Shown in pieces: positions 8,335 to 16,519 of a stretch of 50,999 nt of DNA (positions within the stretch are counted from its first letter, which is position 1; every line of letters begins with the position of its first letter). Location of the stretch: the NCBI GenBank assembly GCA_937901285.1, contig CALCHI010000240.1, positions 1-50,999 on the forward strand, given 5' to 3'. The DNA is from an uncultured Planctomycetaceae bacterium (GTDB taxonomy: Bacteria > Planctomycetota > Planctomycetia > Planctomycetales > Planctomycetaceae). The position numbers and the translations under genes were made by a program. The notes beneath the pieces were generated by a model. That model was not told the origin of the DNA. It made no database searches and saw only the letters and a list, made by a program, of their open reading frames with translations.

Positions 8335-11019
8335 TCAGCGAGGGCTGGCTCGAACCGGCGACTGCGTGCCGCCCAGGCGTCCTCCGTCCTGTTTCAGCGA
8401 TGTGCCGAGGTGATCAAACAACTCGTCTCCGGAAACGTGGCCATCGGCATCCTTGTCGGCCAAACCGCGGAAGCCGGTGGCGATGTGCCAGGCGAACAGG
8501 CCATGCCGTCTCTGTGGATCGACCAGCCCCTTTTGTCCATCACCGCAACTGGCGATCACCGTCGTGGTTTTGAGCCGTTTGCCGAGAGTTTCCAGCAGGG
8601 CGACGCCGTCGGGCTGCCGTTGCAGATCGCGACCGCTGCCGGCGTGTGTCACGTCGAGCAGCCAGATCTTTTCGGCTCCCCGGCTCGATTCGATCTGGTC
8701 GGCCAGCCAGTCCATCGACACACCGGTTTCGGCCATGTTCTCCCAGTCGAATCCACGAGGGGCCAGCCACAGCCGATCGTCGTCACCGCGGTAGACGTGG
8801 CCGGTGGTGTAGACGACCAACTCGGCACGGCCTCGCAATTCCCCCAGGAATCCGGTCACCTGCTTCTGGAGTTCGGCTCGGGGGGTGTCATTGAGCAGCT
8901 TCGCATGACTGCCGTCGGTGGGGACGCGGTAGAACCGCTCCAGGTGGTTGGCAACCAGTTTCAGGTCACCGCTGGCAAATGGCAGGGGGGTCAGCGACTT
9001 GTCCCGGTAGCGGCTGGTGCCGACCAACAGGGCCCAGCGATGGGGGTAAGCCCCTCGCTCGGCGGCCACCAGCAACGTTCGGCCGCCGTCGGGCTCGGCC
9101 GAAATCCACACGGTGTCGTCGGGTCTCAGGTCGCCCAGTTGCGACGGGTGGCTGTTGAGGAACACCGAGGCCTCCTTGTCAACCGACAGGTTGACGGTGC
9201 CGCCGGAGGACTTGACGGCCAGGCGACCAGGGGAGACATCTATCGAATTGATGGCACCGCGGATCATCGGTTGCCGGGCCTGGATGACGGTGACCGATGA
9301 GATGGTCCTGTCGTGATCGATGGCCACCAGCATGTTTTGCTCGATCGACTTCAGCGTCCAGGAGGCTCGTTCGGCGGCCGACGCCCCCCGTCCGGTCAGG
9401 GTGGCGTTGTCGGCCAGCGTCCACGACTGGTAGCCGGGGCTGCTGGATCCCTGTTGCAGTTGCAGGGTCAGTCGCCGCTTGGCCGCATCGATCCGGTTGA
9501 CCAGTCCCACGGTTTTCATCGTTCGCCGGATGTCGACCTGGGTGGCCAGCCGCGACCCGCTGCCACCAGAATCGAGGACGTGGACCGCTGTGATTTGGTC
9601 GCCGGGGGTAATATCGGCAACGTCGCCGGTTTTGCCGTTGAGTCTCATCCGAGTCCCGTCACCGATTCTCAACCCGATATCGTCGCGGTCGTCACCGGCC
9701 TGCGGGGAGAGAACCAGCCGTGAGGCGGGGACATCAACTCCACCGACCACGCCTTCGTGCGTCGTTGCTGGTGCCACGATCAACTCGACCACCCGCGACG
9801 GCTCCTCGGCGGTCCGTTTCAATTCGAGCCGATCGCCGGGCGAGAGGTCGGCCAGGGCCCCGTGTTCCTTGTCGTTACTGTTTCGCGTGATCACCACGTG
9901 CACGCCGTCATCCAGGCGAACGTCGCTGGAGATGCCGGTCGTCATGTTCCGGACCCGCAACCGGTGGCCGTCGTCGATGATCTCCTCAAGCACGACCACG
10001 TCGGCAACGGTGTCGCCGTCCCGAGGAGCCGGTGCCGGTCCGCCGCTGGGGAGGAAGACCATCAGCAGCGAGAGCAAGACCGACACGCAGGCGGCGGCAA
10101 TGGCCAGCGTCCGGCGTCGATTGGGAGGTTCGGCGGCCGTGGTGTCCCTGTCCGCCTCGGCCGCATCTCCGGAGCCGTCCTTGCGGATGATTTTCACGTC
10201 GATGTTGAGGTCCGAGAGGGCGTCTTCGGCCGATTCGTATCTCCGCGACTTGTCCTTTTCTGTCAGTTTCTGGATGACCTTTGCCAGGTCCTCGGGAACT
10301 CCCTCCAGGACTTCGCTGATCCGGGGCAGTCGACGGTCCGGTGCCGCGTGCCATTCGATCCACGGGTCTTCCCCGGTGACGTCACTCCGGAGGGCCCCCA
10401 GTCCCAGGGCGAGTTCTTCGAACGGCGGACCGCACATCAGCTCGTAGGCGGAAAACCCGAGCGAGTAGAGATCACTGCTGGCATCGACTTCGCCGAAGTC
10501 CTCCGACACGACCTCCGGTGCGATGTAACGGGTGGCCCCCTTGAGCAGCGTTCCGTCCTGGTCGCTGACCCGGCGGGAGAGACCGAAATCGCCGATTTTG
10601 ATTCGTCGGCGGGCGTCGATCATCATGTTCGACGGCTTGACGTCTCCGTGGACAATTCCGCGACTGTGCAGGTAGTGCAGGGCTCTCAGGCAATGAGCCA
10701 GGGTGGTCTTGAGAGCTCGCAGATCCATCTGTCTGCCGGCCAATCGCTCGGCCAGCGTGGCCTGCATCAGTTCCATCACCAGCCAACCCCGTTTGCGGTC
10801 GATGTCGTAGATCGTGACGACGTTGGGGTGCTGCAGCGATGCCAGCAGCTGGGCTTCCTGCCAGTAGCGGTCCAGTTGCAGGGTTCCGCCGAGGAACTCG
10901 TCACGGATCTGCTTGACGGCGACCTCGCGGCCCAATTCCCGGTCGCGGGCCCGGTAGACGGTCGTGTAGCGTCCGGTCCCGACGGTTTCGAGCTGTTCGT
11001 ATCGGGTTTCGCCGGCCAC
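8335..11019 (-). CDS. Transmembrane Hanks-type Ser/Thr protein kinase with periplasmic repeat region, caspase-like (peptidase C14) pseudo-protease domain and EF-hand loop
   Basis: 894 aa. Kinase motifs: VGTGRYTTVY, VAVK, HGDVKPSN (non-RD), DFG, APE. TM helix LAIAAACVSVLLSLLMVFL (about aa 304-323). Four ~80-aa repeats (aa 337-655). C14-like block: WALLVGTSRY ... VVYTTGH ... WLLDVTHAGSG ... IASCGDGQ ... GLFAWHIATGFRG. EF-hand loop DKDADGHVSGDE. Confidence 0.9.
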   Translation of the reverse strand: MAGETRYEQLETVGTGRYTTVYRARDRELGREVAVKQIRDEFLGGTLQLDRYWQEAQLLASLQHPNVVTIYDIDRKRGWLVMELMQATLAERLAGRQMDLRALKTTLAHCLRALHYLHSRGIVHGDVKPSNMMIDARRRIKIGDFGLSRRVSDQDGTLLKGATRYIAPEVVSEDFGEVDASSDLYSLGFSAYELMCGPPFEELALGLGALRSDVTGEDPWIEWHAAPDRRLPRISEVLEGVPEDLAKVIQKLTEKDKSRRYESAEDALSDLNIDVKIIRKDGSGDAAEADRDTTAAEPPNRRRTLAIAAACVSVLLSLLMVFLPSGGPAPAPRDGDTVADVVVLEEIIDDGHRLRVRNMTTGISSDVRLDDGVHVVITRNSNDKEHGALADLSPGDRLELKRTAEEPSRVVELIVAPATTHEGVVGGVDVPASRLVLSPQAGDDRDDIGLRIGDGTRMRLNGKTGDVADITPGDQITAVHVLDSGGSGSRLATQVDIRRTMKTVGLVNRIDAAKRRLTLQLQQGSSSPGYQSWTLADNATLTGRGASAAERASWTLKSIEQNMLVAIDHDRTISSVTVIQARQPMIRGAINSIDVSPGRLAVKSSGGTVNLSVDKEASVFLNSHPSQLGDLRPDDTVWISAEPDGGRTLLVAAERGAYPHRWALLVGTSRYRDKSLTPLPFASGDLKLVANHLERFYRVPTDGSHAKLLNDTPRAELQKQVTGFLGELRGRAELVVYTTGHVYRGDDDRLWLAPRGFDWENMAETGVSMDWLADQIESSRGAEKIWLLDVTHAGSGRDLQRQPDGVALLETLGKRLKTTTVIASCGDGQKGLVDPQRRHGLFAWHIATGFRGLADKDADGHVSGDELFDHLGTSLKQDGGRLGGTQSPVRASPR
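9055..10011 (-). repeat. Four tandem ~75-80-aa beta-rich coding repeats inside the kinase ectodomain
   Basis: Each unit begins with a hydrophobic x-I/V-D stretch and ends with a D-L/I-x-P-G/D-D turn. The units begin VVVLEEIIDDGHRLRV...LSPGDRLEL; VVGGVDVPASRLVL...ITPGDQITAV; VGLVNRIDAAKRRLTL...; IRGAINSIDVSPGRLAV...LRPDDTVWIS. Aligned by eye only. Confidence 0.5.
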
Positions 11020-11120
11020 CGCGTCGGTCCTCAGGGCAATCCTCCCGGATCGGGAGGGCGGTCCGATTATGTCCCCATCGGGGCGGTGGCGGAAGGGAAG
11101 GCGTTGGGATCAGGCCCGGT

Positions 11121-12017
11121 TCAGGGCCCCTTCAACGTTGCGATCGACTTCCGCAATTGCTTGTCCCGGCTCACGTCGCCGGTCAGGCCCGTTGTGCCGA
11201 GGTCTTCGGCGTTGAGCAGTTTCAACAACCGGTCATAAGCCTGTTGTTCGCCGGCTCGATCGGATCGGGCGGCCGACGTCAGTGCGTCACGGACCAGCAG
11301 TCGCCAGCCCGCCTCGGCCCGGTTCTTCTTGGGCTGGGAATCGTTGAGCATCTGCTTGAGATTCTGTCGTTCGGTTCGGCGGTCGTCGCTGGTCGCACGA
11401 TTGCCGGGGCCCTCGACCACCAGCAGCAGAACCGTGGAGGCCACGCTGGCCGCCAGCAGCAGGGAGAGCATCAACGAGTTGGAACGGCGGGTTTTCTGCT
11501 CCGACTGCCCGCCGGTGAGTTCCTCGTCCAGGCTCAACTCCGGAAGCTGCCCGTCTTCGCCCAGTTGCACCCGGGATTCGCCTTCGGCGTTGGTGACGAA
11601 CTTGGCCAGTTGTCTCTTGCGTCGTCGTCCCTTCCGGCCACGTCGTTTCTCCTTGCCCGACCGCTTGGCCGGTTCTTCGGTCTCCTCTCCGCCATTCCCG
11701 TTTTCGTCGTCGGTGGCCATGGCGAAGTGGAGGCTGGTGCGATCCCCCAGCACGATGTCGGCTTCTCCGGGCAGCCAGACCCACCGCTGGGGGGGGATCG
11801 GGCTGCCGTCGATGGAGACGGCGTCGGGTAACGGGGTGAAGATGGCGTAGCGGCCGTTGCGGAGAACGATGCTGGCGTGGTGATCCGCCAGGTTGGCGTC
11901 CTCGAGCACCACCTGGTTGCTCTCGGCGCGACCGATGTGCACCAGCTCGGTCTCGAGCTCGAACAACTGACCGCGTGCCGGACCGCGGGTGATGGTGATG
12001 GTTGCCGGTTCACTCAT
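11121..12017 (-). CDS. FHA domain-containing membrane protein
   Basis: 298 aa. N-terminal FHA fold (LVHIGRAESNQVVLEDANLADHHASIVLRNGRYAI ... GDRTSLHF). Poly-basic tract KEKRRGRKGRRRKRQ. One TM helix (LMLSLLLAASVASTVLLLVV). About 90-aa C-terminal tail. Confidence 0.8.
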   Translation of the reverse strand: MSEPATITITRGPARGQLFELETELVHIGRAESNQVVLEDANLADHHASIVLRNGRYAIFTPLPDAVSIDGSPIPPQRWVWLPGEADIVLGDRTSLHFAMATDDENGNGGEETEEPAKRSGKEKRRGRKGRRRKRQLAKFVTNAEGESRVQLGEDGQLPELSLDEELTGGQSEQKTRRSNSLMLSLLLAASVASTVLLLVVEGPGNRATSDDRRTERQNLKQMLNDSQPKKNRAEAGWRLLVRDALTSAARSDRAGEQQAYDRLLKLLNAEDLGTTGLTGDVSRDKQLRKSIATLKGP

Positions 12018-12036
12018 GGGACAATTCTACCCGCGG

Positions 12037-12972
12037 CTACTCCATCAGGTCGACATAGATGAAACTGAGCACGAAGGGGCCGAGGATGATCAGCACGGTG
12101 GCAGCCATCACCAGCACGCTGGGCAGCAGCATCTTCACCCCGGCTTCACCGGCGATGGTCTCGGCCCGCTGCGTCCGCTTGATTCGCAGCACGTCGGCCT
12201 GGGTTCGGAACAGCCTCGCCAGAGGAGTGCCCAGGGTTTCGCCCTGGATGATCGATCCGATGATGCTGGTCACTTCGGGGTCGTCCAGCCGGTCTCGCAT
12301 CGCCTCGAGTGCCCCGATACGGCTCTTGCCCATGTTGATCTCCGAGAGCACACGGCCGAATTCCACTCCAACCGGATGATCACGAAACTCCGCCACGGAT
12401 TCCTCGAGCGATTGCAGAAACGTCGCTCCCGCTTCCATCAAAAGCGTCAGCAGGTCCAGCAGGAACGGCAACCGCTGCTTGATGCGGAACAGTCTCAGGG
12501 CGGCCTTCTGTGCCAGTCGACGGCGGAGTAGCCAGACCGTCGCCGGCCCGGCGATCAGGCCGCCGAGCAGCCCCGGGGGGCCGGCCAGGTCGAGACCGAT
12601 GTAGATGTAGGCGGGCGTCAGCATCGCCGCCAGGATCTGTATCGTGCCGAGATACTCCTGGGGGGTCCAGAAACGGGGCAGGCCGGCAGCATGGATGTCT
12701 CGCAGAATGCCGGGAAGCGAATCGCGGAAAGCGCGACGGTTGATCTGCCCCAGGCCCACCACCAGCGGCTGCAGGAAACGGTAGACCAGGCTCCGACGCC
12801 GCAGCTCGGCAATCCGCAGCTGGTCGTGACGCCACGTGTCGTCACCGTCCGGGTCATCGGCGACGGCACTCTGCACGGCGCGGGCCAGCACAAACAGCCC
12901 TATTGCCAGCATCAGGCAGGCGATCACCTGCAACAGCGGGAAGGGCGAGGATGTGGATTGAGCGAGAAACAC
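12037..12972 (-). CDS. tadC: Type II secretion system F family protein, TadC-like
   Basis: 311 aa polytopic. T2SS-F-type C-terminal region ...GETLGTPLARLFRTQADVLRIKRTQRAETIAGEAGVKMLLPSVL... Sits 7 nt after tadB. Confidence 0.8.
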   Translation of the reverse strand: MFLAQSTSSPFPLLQVIACLMLAIGLFVLARAVQSAVADDPDGDDTWRHDQLRIAELRRRSLVYRFLQPLVVGLGQINRRAFRDSLPGILRDIHAAGLPRFWTPQEYLGTIQILAAMLTPAYIYIGLDLAGPPGLLGGLIAGPATVWLLRRRLAQKAALRLFRIKQRLPFLLDLLTLLMEAGATFLQSLEESVAEFRDHPVGVEFGRVLSEINMGKSRIGALEAMRDRLDDPEVTSIIGSIIQGETLGTPLARLFRTQADVLRIKRTQRAETIAGEAGVKMLLPSVLVMAATVLIILGPFVLSFIYVDLME

Positions 12973-12979
12973 GGGAGGA

Positions 12980-13825
12980 TCAGATCTCGGGATTGAGGAT
13001 AGCGCGGGCCCAGAAGTAGGCCATGAGGTTCAGGATGAAAGCCAGGCAGAGGATCATCTGGCCGGGGACCTCGGTGAACAGCATCCGGGTGTGAATCGGG
13101 TCGATGAAGTAGTTCATCAACAGGATCACCGGCGGGGCCAGGGCCATGTACAGTGACGATGTGCGGGCCTGGGCGGTTTCGGATCGGACCTTTCGCTCCA
13201 GCCGCTGCAGTTCGCGGACACTGGTGGCGATGCGTTCGACTGTCTCGTTGAGCCGTCCGCCACTCTGGCGGCTGGCCTCCAGCGCCGCGGCGAACAACGC
13301 GAAGTTCTCGCTCTGCAACCGTTCCTTGGCCTCCTTGAGGCACTGTTCGAGGTCCTTGCCGAGCTGGTACTCGCCGACGATCTGCAGGAATTCCTGGCTG
13401 ATCGGCTTGGGACTCTGCCGGGCGAGGATGTCCAGCGCCTGGGCGAGCGAGAGTCCGGCCTTGATGGCATTGGAGAGCGAGACCATGGCGTCAGCCAACT
13501 GGTCCTCGATCAACAGGCGACGTTTCTCGGCCAGTTGCCTGAGTACGTACCATGGCAGGCTGACCAACAACACCGCGGCGGTCACCGCAAATACCAGGGA
13601 GCCGGCGACGATCAGCAGCGAGGCCGCGACGGCCGCGACCAGGATCGACCAGGTCACCAGGTACTTCCTCAGACGGTCGGTCCGCAGTCTCAACCGACGA
13701 AGCTTGTCCTTCAGGTCCTCCTCGACGAAGTCGATCGACTGGGAGTAGGTCGAGCGACCGGCGATGGCCCCGACGGTGACGGCGGCGGCGACCATGCCGC
13801 TGCCGATGATGGCCAGCAAGTCCAT
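12980..13825 (-). CDS. tadB: Type II secretion system F family protein, TadB-like
   Basis: 281 aa. T2SS-F pattern LADAMVSLSNAIKAGLSLAQAL ... RELQRLERKVRSETAQARTSSLYMALAPPV. Sits 12 nt after the ATPase gene. Confidence 0.8.
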   Translation of the reverse strand: MDLLAIIGSGMVAAAVTVGAIAGRSTYSQSIDFVEEDLKDKLRRLRLRTDRLRKYLVTWSILVAAVAASLLIVAGSLVFAVTAAVLLVSLPWYVLRQLAEKRRLLIEDQLADAMVSLSNAIKAGLSLAQALDILARQSPKPISQEFLQIVGEYQLGKDLEQCLKEAKERLQSENFALFAAALEASRQSGGRLNETVERIATSVRELQRLERKVRSETAQARTSSLYMALAPPVILLMNYFIDPIHTRMLFTEVPGQMILCLAFILNLMAYFWARAILNPEI

Positions 13826-13837
13826 CGGCGGAGTCTC

Positions 13838-15736
13838 CTAGGCCTGGTCACCGTAGAGGGATTCGAGTTTCAGCAGGTCGCTTTCGACCAGTCGGTCGAT
13901 GAAGCTGGGCATGTAACCGGTCGGAACCAGCCCCGTCTCGCTGCGGGTGCTGAAGATATCGGTCGTCGCCACACATTGTCGCTCGATGTCGTAGCCGGTG
14001 ACCTCCGAGACCTGCGTCACGCCGCGGCGGCCGCCGGGCAATCGGCTGATCTGAACGATGATGTCGATGGCCGAGGCGACCTGTCGCTGGATCGAGATCA
14101 CTGGCAGATCGACGGCCATCAGCACCAGCACCTCGAGACGTTTCAGAACATCTTCGGTGTTGTTGGCGTGGATGGTGGTCATCGAGCCGTCGTGGCCGGT
14201 GTTCATCGCCTGGAGCATGTCGAGTGACTCGGGGCCGCGGCACTCGCCGACGATGATCCGGTCGGGCCGCATCCTCAATGCGTTCTTGACCAGGTCGCGG
14301 ATCGAGTACTCACCGGCGCCCTCGACGTTGGGTGGCCGGGCTTCGAGCGTCACCACGTGTTCCTGGTGCAACTGAAGCTCGCTGGTGTCCTCGATCGTGA
14401 TGATCCGATCCTTGTGCGGGACGAAGCTCGAGAGCACGTTCAGCAACGTGGTCTTGCCGGTGCCGGTCCCGCCGCTGACCAGGACGTTGCGTCGGTCGAT
14501 CACGCAGGCCCGCAGGAACTGGGCCGCGGCGGTGGTGATCGAGTCGAGCTCGATCAGATCGTCCATGGTGAAGCGATAGGCGGGGAACTTGCGGATTGTC
14601 AGGCAGGGGCCGCGGGTGGCCAGCGGGGGGATGATGGCGTTGACCCGCGACCCGTCCGGCAGCCGGGCGTCGACCAGCGGTTGGCTCTTGTCGATCCGAC
14701 GTCCGACCTGTGCCACGATCCGTTCAATGATCGACTCGGTGACCTTGTCCGAGATGAACCGGCGTCCGGAAAGCTCGACCACGCCGTCACGCTCGACGTA
14801 AATCTGGTCGCTCTTGACCACCATGATCTCGGTGATCGTCGGAGCCCGCAGCAGGTCCTGCAGGGGGCCGAAGCCGAAGACGGTGTCCTTGAGATCCTTC
14901 TTCAGCGTTCGCAGGATCAGGTACCGCTTCAGTTCCTGGTGCAGGTGTGGCCGCACACGGGGGAACACGTCGTTCATCCGCGACTCGACCCGGTTGATCC
15001 GTTCGCTGAGATCGCGGCAGCCCTCCAACTCCAGTTGCTCGCGAACGAACCCGACCAGGTGTTCAAGTTCGGTCTCCCGTTCGGGGACCAGCGTCGCCGG
15101 GACGTCGAATTCGTTGGCACCCATTGCCGTGACCGTGTCCCCCATCGGAACCGTGTCGTTCCCACTCTCGAGAATCAATTGGTTGATCATCAGGTCCTGC
15201 AGCAACAGCGACACCACCTCTTCGAGCAACGGGAGGTTCTCGTCGCCGAAAAGATTCAGTTCACGGCAGACATCTTCGATGTTCTCCTCGAGCATCAGGA
15301 TGCTCTCCGTGCCGCCCAACTGGCTGCTCTCCAGTTCGAACAGGTCGAAGCGTTCCAGCAACTGCCGGTGCACTCGGAGTTCGAGGCTGGCCATGATCGA
15401 GCGGAGGTGCGATTCGAGCTGGCTGCGGCTGATCGGGCTGGCCTGCTCGGACTCGAAAGTCAGCGTGAACGGCCAGATGCGGACGGTGTCGCCTGGCGAG
15501 AACTCGCAGCTCTGCCCGCCGAGCACCTCGGTCTCGCCGACGACGCAGCTGTTGATACCAAGGTTTTCGAGGGTCAACAGTCCGTTGTCACGTCGGATGA
15601 CGGCCTGCTGCTTGCCGACCAGCGGGCTCTGCAGCACCACGGTGTTGCCCGTGTCACGGCCGACCCGGATCACCGGGTCGTCGGTTTCGACCAACGACCG
15701 GCGGCTGTCGTGGACCTTGTTGAACCAGACTTTCAT
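13838..15736 (-). CDS. cpaF: CpaF/TadA-family pilus assembly ATPase with N-terminal FHA domain
   Basis: 632 aa. The first ~95 aa have an FHA fold (VIRVGRDTGNTVVLQSPLVGKQQAVIRRDNGLLTLENLGINSCVVG...GDTVRIWPFTLTF). The C-terminal part is a secretion ATPase (T2SS-E type) with Walker A VSGGTGTGKTTLLNVL, IITIEDTSEL, IIVGECRGPE and TGHDGSMTTIHAN. Confidence 0.9.
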   Translation of the reverse strand: MKVWFNKVHDSRRSLVETDDPVIRVGRDTGNTVVLQSPLVGKQQAVIRRDNGLLTLENLGINSCVVGETEVLGGQSCEFSPGDTVRIWPFTLTFESEQASPISRSQLESHLRSIMASLELRVHRQLLERFDLFELESSQLGGTESILMLEENIEDVCRELNLFGDENLPLLEEVVSLLLQDLMINQLILESGNDTVPMGDTVTAMGANEFDVPATLVPERETELEHLVGFVREQLELEGCRDLSERINRVESRMNDVFPRVRPHLHQELKRYLILRTLKKDLKDTVFGFGPLQDLLRAPTITEIMVVKSDQIYVERDGVVELSGRRFISDKVTESIIERIVAQVGRRIDKSQPLVDARLPDGSRVNAIIPPLATRGPCLTIRKFPAYRFTMDDLIELDSITTAAAQFLRACVIDRRNVLVSGGTGTGKTTLLNVLSSFVPHKDRIITIEDTSELQLHQEHVVTLEARPPNVEGAGEYSIRDLVKNALRMRPDRIIVGECRGPESLDMLQAMNTGHDGSMTTIHANNTEDVLKRLEVLVLMAVDLPVISIQRQVASAIDIIVQISRLPGGRRGVTQVSEVTGYDIERQCVATTDIFSTRSETGLVPTGYMPSFIDRLVESDLLKLESLYGDQA

Positions 15737-15784
15737 GGGATTTCGAGCGGGGAGTGGAGAGAAGAAAGGGGGGGCGGACCAGGA

Positions 15785-16519
15785 CTAGGGCTTGGTTTTG
15801 TCCCGGCGATGGAGCAGCACCTGGACACCCTGGAAGTTGTTGACTGCCAGGATCCCGGCCAGTGTTTCGGCCTGGGGTTCGAGTTTGCCACCGGGATTTT
15901 CGACCTTCACGGCGACGGCGATCACGTTCTCGGCACCCGAGGCCAGGCCGGCCGCCTGGCGGACGTCGCGTCGGCCCTTGCGATTGCCCAGGGCCAGGAT
16001 CCGGAAGGGGCCGATGATCTTTCCTCCCCCGTCGGTTGGTTGGCTGCGGCTTGCGCCTTCGCCGAATTCCGGGATGCGGAAACTGACCTGGTCACCCGGA
16101 TCGACATGCTGTGGGTTGAACGTCCTGGAATCGACCGGCAACCACATCACTCGCTCGTTTTCGGCGATCAGTTCGTTGATGTCCTTGATGGCCGGGGTGG
16201 TCAGATCCCGGTGCATCACCAGTTCGGCTTCACCCGAAACGGCCAGGTCGCGAGCGGCTTTCTGGCCGATCACCAGGTCCTTCTGGTCCCAGAGAACAGC
16301 AACCTGTGACAACTGGGACTCGTGGCTCTTGGGCATCGAGATCGGCACGAGGTCTTCTGACTGGATCACGTCCCCCCGCTTGACGTCGGCCGGTTGAGAC
16401 ACGCCGACGAATCTGACGAGCTCGACCCGGCTGGCTTCCCGTTCGAGATACAGCCAGTTGCAGACGAAGCCGACGACGCCCAGCGCCACGGCGATCATGA
16501 TGCCCTGTGCACCCTTCAT
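15785..16519 (-). CDS. cpaB: CpaB/RcpC-like Flp pilus assembly protein
   Basis: 244 aa. N-terminal TM anchor (IMIAVALGVVGFVCNWLY), then a SAF-like segment (ADVKRGDVIQSEDLVPISMP) and a beta-rich C-terminal domain. Position matches tad loci. ATGA overlap with the upstream gene. Confidence 0.65.
   Translation of the reverse strand: MKGAQGIMIAVALGVVGFVCNWLYLEREASRVELVRFVGVSQPADVKRGDVIQSEDLVPISMPKSHESQLSQVAVLWDQKDLVIGQKAARDLAVSGEAELVMHRDLTTPAIKDINELIAENERVMWLPVDSRTFNPQHVDPGDQVSFRIPEFGEGASRSQPTDGGGKIIGPFRILALGNRKGRRDVRQAAGLASGAENVIAVAVKVENPGGKLEPQAETLAGILAVNNFQGVQVLLHRRDKTKP

Noticed and set aside
8326-11238. Plus-strand ORFs 8326..9300, 9479..10447 and 9757..11238
   Set aside because: All are antisense to the 894-aa kinase gene, and none has a recognisable motif.
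14357-16309. 650-aa plus-strand ORF, the longest in its region
   Set aside because: It lies antisense to the unmistakable FHA-CpaF ATPase and cpaB genes. The translation is R/G/D/V/H-rich with no motif. It is a shadow ORF typical of GC-rich DNA.
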